Source: an uncultured Dehalococcoidia bacterium (GTDB lineage: Bacteria > Chloroflexota > Dehalococcoidia > SM23-28-2). Taken from it: a stretch of DNA of 41,169 bases. Numbering within the stretch: the first letter of the stretch is position 1; each line of letters starts with the position of its first letter. The notes beneath the pieces are model-generated. The model saw nothing but the letters and a program-made list of their open reading frames with translations, did not search any database and was not told the origin of the DNA. Where the stretch lies: positions 1-41,169 of the forward strand of contig CAYGYF010000002.1 of assembly GCA_964354065.1 (NCBI GenBank), read 5' to 3'. The translations under genes and the position numbers were made by a program. Positions 33,822 to 41,169 of this stretch are shown one piece after another.

Positions 33822-35715
33822 GCCGCAAAACCGTACTCTTCTCATGGAGGCGCTCCGGCCTCCTGCCGGCTATTCACTCGACTGCGCCATCGGCACGACA
33901 TTTACCCTTGACCTGCTCGCCCTCGTTACGGTGCCGCTGGGCTTCACCATCTTCGACTGGCAGGACGATGGCGGACGCCCGGAGGCCAATCCCCTGGCGC
34001 TGCTGGAAGCCGTCCGCCGCAACGCTGAGCGCATCGCCATATTCTGCCAGGAGGACCGGATAGCCATCCCGAGGCAGCACAAGGGGCTGTTCGGGTATAT
34101 CGAATCGTCGGTAATACCGGTGAGGCCTCCCGAGCACGGGTCCTTCCATCCAAAGGTGTGGGCCCTCCGCTTCGTCGGTCCCGGGCGAGGCGTGCTCTAC
34201 CGCCTTCTCGTTCTCAGCCGCAATCTGACCTTCGACTGCTCTTGGGACACGATGCTCGTGCTTGACGGCGAGCTCACCGGCCGCACGTATGCATTCGCGG
34301 CGAACCATCCCCTGGGGGACTTCTTTGAAGCCCTGCCACGCATGGCGGCTGCTCCCCTGTCTCAGCGCGTCCATCAGCAGGTCGACCGGGTGCAAGGCGA
34401 GCTGCGGCGCGTTCGCTTCCAGCTCCCCGAGGGCTTTGACGAGGCGGTCTTCTGGCCGCTGGGCATAAGGGGGCATCCACGGTGGCCGTTCAAGGCCAGG
34501 ATAGACCGGATTCTTGTCGTCTCCCGTTTCGTCAGCGACGGGCGTCTGCGGAGGCTTGCGGCCCAAGGGAAGGGAAACATCTTGGTTTCGGACGTGGACT
34601 CCCTGGCCGTACTCGACCAGAGCACGCTGGACGCTTTCAACCGGGTGTTGGTCTTCCAGGACGGCGTGGAGCCGGAACCGGAGGAAGAGACTGACGTAGC
34701 GGAGGCCGGCGCAACCTCGGAGGCGCGACCGGAGGTCGGGGCGGGGGTGGCGCTCACCGGCCTACACGCCAAGGCGTACATCGCGGACAGCGGATGGAAG
34801 GCGCATGTCTGGACGGGTTCGGCCAACGCCACCGACGCGGCCTTTACCAGCAACGTCGAGTTCATGGTGGAGCTTATCGGGAGGAAGAGCCGCTGCGGGG
34901 TCGACGCTGTCTTAGGAGAGGGCGCTGAGCGTGGGAGTCTCCTCTCCCTCCTGCGTGACTACGAACGCCGAGAGCAGCTCGTCAAGGATCCGGTGATGGC
35001 AGCATTGGAGAGCCTGCTGGACGAGGCGCGACGGCAGATCGCCAAGGCAGGCCTCCTGGCTCGCGTCTCGCCCGCTGAAAAGCCGCAGGAGTATCTCCTC
35101 GCCCTCCATTTGCCGGACGCTCCGATCCCAAGGCTGCCGGACGGAGTCCGTGGATGGTGCCGGCCGATCACGCGCCGCGAATCACTGGAGTGGGGGAGCG
35201 GTGACGGCCCCGCTTCCAGCGACGGGTCTATTGCCGCGTTCGGTCCGCTCTCCCTACCGGCACTGACCTCCTTCTTCGCCTTCGAACTCACCGCTAGCCA
35301 GGCGTGCCAGAAGCTTTCCACCGGCTTCGTCCTCAACCTTCCCCTCCAGGGGGCGCCAGAGGATCGCAGCGAGCGCATACTCCTCTCGCTGCTCGGCGAC
35401 CGGGACCAGGTACGCCGCTACCTGTTCCTCCTCCTGGCGGAGGTCGCCTCGAGCCCCGGAGAGGTGCTCGATCTGGCTCGTGCGCTCGATGGCGCGGGCA
35501 CGCATGGGGGCGGAGTGGAGGCGGGCCTGCCCCTCTTCGAAGTCATGGTGAAGGCTTTGCACCGTAGCCCGGATAGCCTCGACCGCGTGGCCCGCCTGAT
35601 CGATGACCTCAAGAAGACTCCCGAGGGTCGTTCACTGCTGCCGGAGGGGCTGGAGGTGGTGTGGGAGCCCATCTGGGAGGTGCGAAAGGGGCTAAGGGAT
35701 GAGGCGGCGCCGTAG
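33814..35715 (+). CDS. phospholipase-D-family (HKD) nuclease-like protein
   Basis: Two HKD motifs in frame: 'SFHPKVWALRF' (HPK at 34147-34155) and 'GLHAKAYIAD...GSANATDAAF' (HAK at 34765-34773). Confidence 0.8.
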   Translation: MLEPQNRTLLMEALRPPAGYSLDCAIGTTFTLDLLALVTVPLGFTIFDWQDDGGRPEANPLALLEAVRRNAERIAIFCQEDRIAIPRQHKGLFGYIESSVIPVRPPEHGSFHPKVWALRFVGPGRGVLYRLLVLSRNLTFDCSWDTMLVLDGELTGRTYAFAANHPLGDFFEALPRMAAAPLSQRVHQQVDRVQGELRRVRFQLPEGFDEAVFWPLGIRGHPRWPFKARIDRILVVSRFVSDGRLRRLAAQGKGNILVSDVDSLAVLDQSTLDAFNRVLVFQDGVEPEPEEETDVAEAGATSEARPEVGAGVALTGLHAKAYIADSGWKAHVWTGSANATDAAFTSNVEFMVELIGRKSRCGVDAVLGEGAERGSLLSLLRDYERREQLVKDPVMAALESLLDEARRQIAKAGLLARVSPAEKPQEYLLALHLPDAPIPRLPDGVRGWCRPITRRESLEWGSGDGPASSDGSIAAFGPLSLPALTSFFAFELTASQACQKLSTGFVLNLPLQGAPEDRSERILLSLLGDRDQVRRYLFLLLAEVASSPGEVLDLARALDGAGTHGGGVEAGLPLFEVMVKALHRSPDSLDRVARLIDDLKKTPEGRSLLPEGLEVVWEPIWEVRKGLRDEAAP

Positions 35716-38700
35716 GTGCCCCGACGTCGCCAAGTTCCTTGAGGCACTGAAGGACTTCCAGCGCCGAACCGCGGAATATGCTTTCCGGCGGCTCTACATC
35801 GATGAGGACGGCACGCGCCGCTTTCTGGTCGCCGACGAGGTGGGCCTCGGGAAGACCCTCGTTGCCAGGGGTGTGATCGCCAGGGCCGTTGAGCATCTGT
35901 GGGACAAGGTCCGCCGCATCGACATCGTCTACATCTGCTCTAACGCAGACATCGCCCGGCAGAACATCAACCGCCTGGATATTCGCGTCCCCGGCCAGGA
36001 TGGGGCAACCTTCGCATCGCGGATGACGCTCCTCCCCACGACGGTGAGGGCCCTGAAACGCAACCCGGTGAATTTCATCTCGTTCACGCCTGCCACGTCC
36101 TTCGACCTTCGCTCCAGCCTCGGCACTGCCCAGGAGCGAGCGCTGCTCTACGTGCTGCTCAAGGACGTGTGGAATCTGCGCGGGGCGGGCGCCCTGAAGG
36201 TGCTTCGCGGGAACGCGCGCCTGGACGGCTTCCGGAGCCTGATCCAACAGTTCGAGAAGGACGAGCAGTCGATAGACCCGTCCCTGGCAGCCGCCTACCG
36301 TCGCGAGCTGCTGTCCAGAAAAGACCTGCGCGCTCGTTTCGATTCCCTGTCGCGCCAGTTCCAACACGACAAGAAGGGCCCGCCCGCCGATGAGGCCCTC
36401 GCGCGCGCCCAGCTTGTCGGCGAGCTGAGGTCGCTCCTGGCGGCGACCTGTATCAAGGCGCTGGAGCCGGACCTGATCATCATGGACGAGTTCCAACGGT
36501 TCAAGCACCTCCTCCACGGTGACAGCGAGGCCAGTCGCCTAGCGCAACAGCTTTTCGAGTACGAGGACAGGACGTCAAAGGCCAGGGTCCTCCTGCTGTC
36601 CGCGACGCCCTACAAGATGTACACCCTGTCCCACGAGACCAGCGAAGAAGACCACTACCAAGACTTCCTGGACACCCTTGCCTTCCTCCTGAAGGACGAT
36701 GGCGAGGTCTCCGAGCTTCGGAACACCCTGCAGCGCTTCCGGCGGGAACTGTACCGCCTGGGCGAGGAATGGGACCAGGCGGTTGAGGCCCTGCGCGGGC
36801 TCAAGGCGGAACTGGAGGAGAGGCTGAGGCGTGTGATGGCGCGGACGGAGCGGCTGGCCGTGACCGAGGATCGCAACGGCATGCTCCGACAGGTTATCCC
36901 TCCCACCGTCCGTCTCGAACCGGACGATCTCAGCACCTACCTGGCCCTGCAGCGCATCGCGGCTGTCCTCAATCACGGCGATGTCCTGGAGTACTGGAAG
37001 GCAGCGCCGTATTTGCTGAACTTCATGGAGGACTACAAGCTGAAGACAGCGCTGAGCAGCGCCCTCGACAAACCCGGGGAGCGGGCGGCCCTTGCTCGGC
37101 TTCTCTCCTCTGCAGAGGGTTTGCTGGTGCCTTGGGACGCCTGGCGGATCTACTCGGAGATCGATCCGGGCAACGCCCGTCTGCGCGCGCTCCTGGCGGA
37201 CGCCATTGACAGCGGCGCCTGGCAGCTTCTCTGGGTCCCGCCCTCACTCCCGTACTACCGACTGGAAGGGCCCTTCTCGGATCCCGCGCTGCACAACTTC
37301 ACCAAGCGTCTCATCTTCTCCGGGTGGCATGTCGTGCCCAAGACCGTGGCTTCTCTCGTCAGCTACGAGGCCGAGCGCCGAATGATCCGCCTGCTGGAGA
37401 ACGATCCCAATCGGCCTCCCGAGAACTCGCCCGAGGCGCGCCGTGGCCGGCGTCCCCTGCTGCGTTTCGCTGTGGAAGCCGACGGGCGGCTCAGCGGAAT
37501 GCCGGTGCTGGGCATGCTCTATCCCAGCACGACTCTGGTCCGGGAGAGCGATCCCCTGGCAATGGCGGCAGAGATTGTGAATGAACGGGGCACGGCTGAC
37601 GAACTCCCCACGCTGGGAGAGGTCCTGGCCCGGGTGGAACGGAGGATGAGAGACCTGCTGGGCCCGATCAGTGCCGGGCACGACAAGTCCGAGGCGCCGG
37701 TAGACGAATCGTGGTACTGGGCCGCCCCGATCGTGCTCGACGGGGCGCTGGACGGGGACGTGACCAGGGCATGGTTTGCGCCTGACCGACGTCTTCCATT
37801 GAGATGGAGCGGCGGCGAGCCCACGGAGCGGGAGGAGGATGGCGAGGAGTCACGCTGGTCTGACCACGTGGACCACGCCCGAAAGGTGCTCCTTGGCGAG
37901 GAACCGCTGGGTGCGTTCCCCGACGATCTCCCCGAAGTCTTGGCTCTCACGGCCGTCGCTGCTCCGGGAGTGGCGGCCCTTCGGAGCTTGCTTCGGGTCT
38001 CCAGTGAGGCTTCCGGGGAGTTGGGCATCGCCATCAGGGACTCCGCGGCGCAGGCCGCGTGGGCCTTCCGCACCCTCTTCAACCAACCGGAGGTGATGGC
38101 TCTACTTCGCGGGACGGACACGAAAGATCAACCCTACTGGCGCAGAGTACTCGAGTACTGCGCCTCCGGTGGCCTGCAGTCGGTTCTCGACGAATATGTG
38201 CACGTCCTGCGCGAGTCGCTGGGGCTTGTCGGTAAGGAGCCTCCGAAGGTGGCAGAGCAGATATCAGGGGCTATCCGGAGCGCCCTGACTCTGCGGACGA
38301 CAAACCTGTTGGCTGAAGACATGACACCCCGGTTCCTGGATGGTACGAGCATCGAGCGCCGCATGCGGGTCCGGTTCGCGGTGCGCTTCGGCGACAGCCG
38401 CTCGGAGGACGGAAAGACCGTCACGAGGTCAACTCAGGTGCGAGATGCCTTCAACTCACCCTTCTGGCCGTTCGTGCTAGTCACGACTTCCATCGGCCAG
38501 GAGGGGCTGGACTTCCATCCCTACTGCCACGTCGTCGTGCACTGGGACCTCCCCTCGAATCCCGTCGACCTGGAGCAGCGGGAGGGTAGGGTCCATCGCT
38601 ACAAGGGGCACGCCATCAGGAAGAACGTGGCCCGCAATCATTCCGCTCTGGCCTTCACGGGAGCCAAGCGCGGCAACAATGGGCGGCCGCTCCTCGACCC

Positions 38701-39013
38701 CTGGTCGGCTCTCTTCGCCCAGGCACACGAACAGAGGCCTCCAGGTTCGTCGGACCTCATTCCCTTCTGGCTGTATCCGCTGCCGGGCGGCGCTACTATC
38801 GAGCGGCATGTCCCCGCCCTTCCGCTAAGCCGCGACCTTGACCGCCTCGCGGCGCTCCGGCGCTCGCTGGCGGTCTACCGCATGGTCTTCGGCCAGCCAC
38901 GCCAGGAAGATCTGCTAGAGTACTTGCTCGCTCATGTGCCAAGGGAGAAGGCGAAGCAGATCCTCGACGAGCTGCGCGTCGATTTGAGCCCGCCGGCCGA
39001 CACGTGCCGGTGA
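35699..39013 (+). CDS. SNF2-like superfamily-2 helicase with atypical motif II (DEFQ)
   Basis: 'LVADEVGLGKTLVA' at 35831-35857. 'IIMDEFQRFKHLL' has DEFQ at 36485-36496. 'LLLSATPYKM' is also present. 'GQEGLDFHPYCHVVVHWDLPSNPVDLEQREGRVHRYKG' covers motifs V/VI. 17-nt overlap with the PLD gene. Confidence 0.8.
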   Translation: MRRRRRCPDVAKFLEALKDFQRRTAEYAFRRLYIDEDGTRRFLVADEVGLGKTLVARGVIARAVEHLWDKVRRIDIVYICSNADIARQNINRLDIRVPGQDGATFASRMTLLPTTVRALKRNPVNFISFTPATSFDLRSSLGTAQERALLYVLLKDVWNLRGAGALKVLRGNARLDGFRSLIQQFEKDEQSIDPSLAAAYRRELLSRKDLRARFDSLSRQFQHDKKGPPADEALARAQLVGELRSLLAATCIKALEPDLIIMDEFQRFKHLLHGDSEASRLAQQLFEYEDRTSKARVLLLSATPYKMYTLSHETSEEDHYQDFLDTLAFLLKDDGEVSELRNTLQRFRRELYRLGEEWDQAVEALRGLKAELEERLRRVMARTERLAVTEDRNGMLRQVIPPTVRLEPDDLSTYLALQRIAAVLNHGDVLEYWKAAPYLLNFMEDYKLKTALSSALDKPGERAALARLLSSAEGLLVPWDAWRIYSEIDPGNARLRALLADAIDSGAWQLLWVPPSLPYYRLEGPFSDPALHNFTKRLIFSGWHVVPKTVASLVSYEAERRMIRLLENDPNRPPENSPEARRGRRPLLRFAVEADGRLSGMPVLGMLYPSTTLVRESDPLAMAAEIVNERGTADELPTLGEVLARVERRMRDLLGPISAGHDKSEAPVDESWYWAAPIVLDGALDGDVTRAWFAPDRRLPLRWSGGEPTEREEDGEESRWSDHVDHARKVLLGEEPLGAFPDDLPEVLALTAVAAPGVAALRSLLRVSSEASGELGIAIRDSAAQAAWAFRTLFNQPEVMALLRGTDTKDQPYWRRVLEYCASGGLQSVLDEYVHVLRESLGLVGKEPPKVAEQISGAIRSALTLRTTNLLAEDMTPRFLDGTSIERRMRVRFAVRFGDSRSEDGKTVTRSTQVRDAFNSPFWPFVLVTTSIGQEGLDFHPYCHVVVHWDLPSNPVDLEQREGRVHRYKGHAIRKNVARNHSALAFTGAKRGNNGRPLLDPWSALFAQAHEQRPPGSSDLIPFWLYPLPGGATIERHVPALPLSRDLDRLAALRRSLAVYRMVFGQPRQEDLLEYLLAHVPREKAKQILDELRVDLSPPADTCR

Positions 39014-39085
39014 AATCGGAGTTGCGGGTCGCACTGGTCGGCGGAAGGGAACCCAGACGAAACTTGTATCTCAGGATGTAGCCCC

Positions 39086-40729
39086 CTAGAACCACCGGGC
39101 ACGGAAGATCCTGGACCTCACGGGGTTGCCCTTGCTGACCAGCAGGCAATAGGTCTCCGCGTGCGCGTAATGGTCAGCCTTGCCACCGTCCACATAACGT
39201 GCCATCCAGTTGCCCTGGCCGTTCTGCTCCAAGATGCGGTTGAGGGCCGTCATCTGCCGATAGTATTCGCCAAGCCCGTTCTCAACTCTTCCGCCCAAGT
39301 GGCGGGCCTTGGACGGCAGCTCGGCATTGCCCTGGTGGAAGCGATCGAACATCTCGTCCAAGGCCTGGATCCGGTTGATGTGCAGGGTACTCTCGCCGGG
39401 GCGACAGCCCCGGTTCCACTCGTGGCCACTGTCCTGACGGTCGTAGTAGGCGAGCCAAACGATGGGGTGCCACCTCGTGGCGAACTCCCGGGCCTTATGG
39501 GTTTCGGGCAGCGCGTCGAGAACGCACGTTTGCACCCGGTAGCGCTCGATGAGACGTCCCAGTTCCTCAAAGGTGTCCACCTCACCGATGAAGAGGGCGC
39601 GAGACCTGTCTTCCTCCAGTTGTTGGCGGATGACGACATGGAGCTTGAGGCCGACGTCCACCCCCATGTAGGTATCGGTGTCGGCGCCGGCGGGGAGTTC
39701 GTAGTCGCGGCGGCAGCGGTCTAGGGCGTCGATGGAGATGCGACCTCCCGGGGGCACGAAGGTCTCGCCCAGGTCGGAGTTGTGGAACTCCTGAAGGGCG
39801 GCGGGTGTGGTGGCCTGGCTCTCGTAGACCATCTGGGAGATGTTGGCCATGGGCGAGTAGAGGCGGTTCAGGTGGTAGCCGTGGATGTCGGAATTGCCGG
39901 GGCAGGTGATATCCCAGCGCCCCGGGGTCCACAAGTCCAGCGGCTTGCGGCAGCGGGAGCGGCGACAGACCACCTGGGCCCGCTTCTGGTCGACGTTGTG
40001 CTCCCACTCCAGCCGCTGGGCCAGGCCGCAGGCGGGGCACTTAAGGAAGTAGTACCGCTGGTCTGACTGGAGGAAGAGGGCGTTGATGCCGGCCTCCGGC
40101 AGGCGGGGGGTGGAGACCACCCTCAGCCACCCCAGTTTGCTCGAGGCCAGGCGCTTCTGGGCCAGCTCAAGGACTCCCTCGGCCATGAGGTCGAACTCGT
40201 CCAGGAGCACTACGTCGGCGTCGACCGAGGTGAGCTGGCGGCGGCTGTCGGCACCACGTAGATAGATATAGCCCAGCCCAACCTTCTTCAATCGCTGGCG
40301 GGCCGGCCCCTGGCGGCTTGGGGGTGGGGGAAAGAGGCGGCGCTGAAGGTAGGGGCTCTCGGCGATGGCCTTATCGAAGCGGGCCTGGGAGAAGTCGTCC
40401 ACGTGGCCCTGAGTGGGCATGACGTACAGGGCGTTGCCGCGGCCTCCCTGGCCGGTGTCGGCCACCCAGAGGGCAGTGTTTATCAGGTATTCCGACACAA
40501 AGACCTGCGCCGCCTTCTGAATGACGACGATCGGATGTGTATCGTGGTACAGGTCTTGGAGAGCGGGAGTGAGACGCATCGGCTTCCCCTGGAGGAAACG
40601 ATAGGCGAGGGTCCAGTCCAGCAGGCTATCGGGATTCCGCGTCGCCAGCGCGCTCCGCAAGGCGTTCCGCAAGTTCAGCCAGTCGGCGGAGTTCTTCGTT
40701 GGTAAAGCTGCTGAGGTCGATGTGTCCAT
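39086..40729 (-). CDS. phage terminase large subunit, GpA-like
   Basis: 'TPALQDLYHDTHPIVVIQKAAQVFVSEYLIN' is the GpA-type ATPase N-terminus. 'VVLLDEFD' is Walker B. The zinc finger 'CPACG...CRRSRCRKPL' is typical of the family. The start is uncertain because of a 104-nt overlap with the upstream ORF. Confidence 0.7.
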   Translation of the reverse strand: MDTSTSAALPTKNSADWLNLRNALRSALATRNPDSLLDWTLAYRFLQGKPMRLTPALQDLYHDTHPIVVIQKAAQVFVSEYLINTALWVADTGQGGRGNALYVMPTQGHVDDFSQARFDKAIAESPYLQRRLFPPPPSRQGPARQRLKKVGLGYIYLRGADSRRQLTSVDADVVLLDEFDLMAEGVLELAQKRLASSKLGWLRVVSTPRLPEAGINALFLQSDQRYYFLKCPACGLAQRLEWEHNVDQKRAQVVCRRSRCRKPLDLWTPGRWDITCPGNSDIHGYHLNRLYSPMANISQMVYESQATTPAALQEFHNSDLGETFVPPGGRISIDALDRCRRDYELPAGADTDTYMGVDVGLKLHVVIRQQLEEDRSRALFIGEVDTFEELGRLIERYRVQTCVLDALPETHKAREFATRWHPIVWLAYYDRQDSGHEWNRGCRPGESTLHINRIQALDEMFDRFHQGNAELPSKARHLGGRVENGLGEYYRQMTALNRILEQNGQGNWMARYVDGGKADHYAHAETYCLLVSKGNPVRSRIFRARWF

Positions 40730-41169
40730 GGAGCATCTCCCCTTCCTGGCGGATGTGCTCGGTGGGCTCGCCGCGGGCCAGCCGCTCCAGGCGGACGCCT
40801 TCGACGAGGGCGCGGACGGCGTCGGAGGCCGAGAGCTGGTCCGGCGACAGAGTCCCCAGGCGCTCGACGCCCTTTTGCTGGAGGGCGAGGCCTTCCTTGG
40901 CGTGCCGTTCGTTCATCTCCCGCAGGGCCTTCAGCAATTCCTCTTGATCGCGCTCGGCGGCCCGACGCTCAAGGTCGAGGAGGCGGCCCTGCCAGTGAAA
41001 GGCGCTGGACCAGGCCTCGAGGGTGCTGGGGCTGGGGGCTCGCTTGAGGCCGATGAGGGAGGGGTCGTCTTGCAGCTGCCGGTGCAGCTTCTCCAGGCTC
41101 CGGCCGGCCCCCAGCCGGACGTAGAGGTCGAAGGCCAGGCGGTGGCGGGTCTTCTCTTTCACGTCGACC
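40626..41169 (-). CDS. putative terminase small subunit / HTH protein (possibly 5' partial at window end)
   Basis: The ORF is open to the window edge. 'RLAFDLYVRLGAGRSLEKLHRQL...TLEAWSSAFHWQGR' is HTH-like and is followed by a coiled-coil segment. It sits immediately upstream of the terminase large subunit. Confidence 0.4.
   Translation of the reverse strand, partial: VDVKEKTRHRLAFDLYVRLGAGRSLEKLHRQLQDDPSLIGLKRAPSPSTLEAWSSAFHWQGRLLDLERRAAERDQEELLKALREMNERHAKEGLALQQKGVERLGTLSPDQLSASDAVRALVEGVRLERLARGEPTEHIRQEGEMLHGHIDLSSFTNEELRRLAELAERLAERAGDAESR

Noticed and set aside
1-41169. CRISPR array, rRNA or tRNA genes
   Set aside because: I found no regularly spaced short direct repeats and no T-loop/acceptor-like sequences (GGTTCGAATCC-type on either strand) in the intergenic regions I read. 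This scan was by eye only, so small ncRNAs could have been missed.

Overview
High-GC (about 65-70%) bacterial window that reads as a decayed integrative element or prophage-borne defence island. Order from left to right: a chromosomal-looking Zn-peptidase (partial); 1.2 kb of non-coding DNA with a truncated tyrosine-recombinase fragment; an ImmA/IrrE-XRE pair; small MGE-type genes (DUF3892-like, DUF2188-like); a RecB/Cas4-like nuclease fused to an RNase-H-like exonuclease; an SbcD/SbcC-like (YhaO/YhaN-like) pair; a two-gene module of unknown function (double Zn-ribbon protein plus DUF3644-like protein, both with R-x4-H motifs). Next comes a 12.5 kb translationally coupled operon (HTH-SNF2-DUF3883 helicase, UvrD-like helicase, DUF1156 DNA methyltransferase, small RNxxxH (HEPN-like) protein, DUF499 ATPase). 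It is followed by an orphan PIN-like gene, an amber-interrupted HTH pseudogene, a 912-aa HEAT-repeat protein, and a 5-formyl-THF cyclo-ligase family gene. The right end holds a + strand three-gene cassette (DUF6361-like / PLD with two HKD motifs / SNF2-like helicase) convergent with phage terminase genes. Non-genic structure: a dispersed ~85-110 nt repeat in one orientation at nearly every module junction between 1.1 and 31.7 kb; two loci of IS-derived miniature elements with ~25 bp terminal inverted repeats; sharp GC mosaicism inside the methyltransferase operon. No CRISPR array, rRNA or tRNA was recognised. All family names come from motif recognition by eye. No database search was run.
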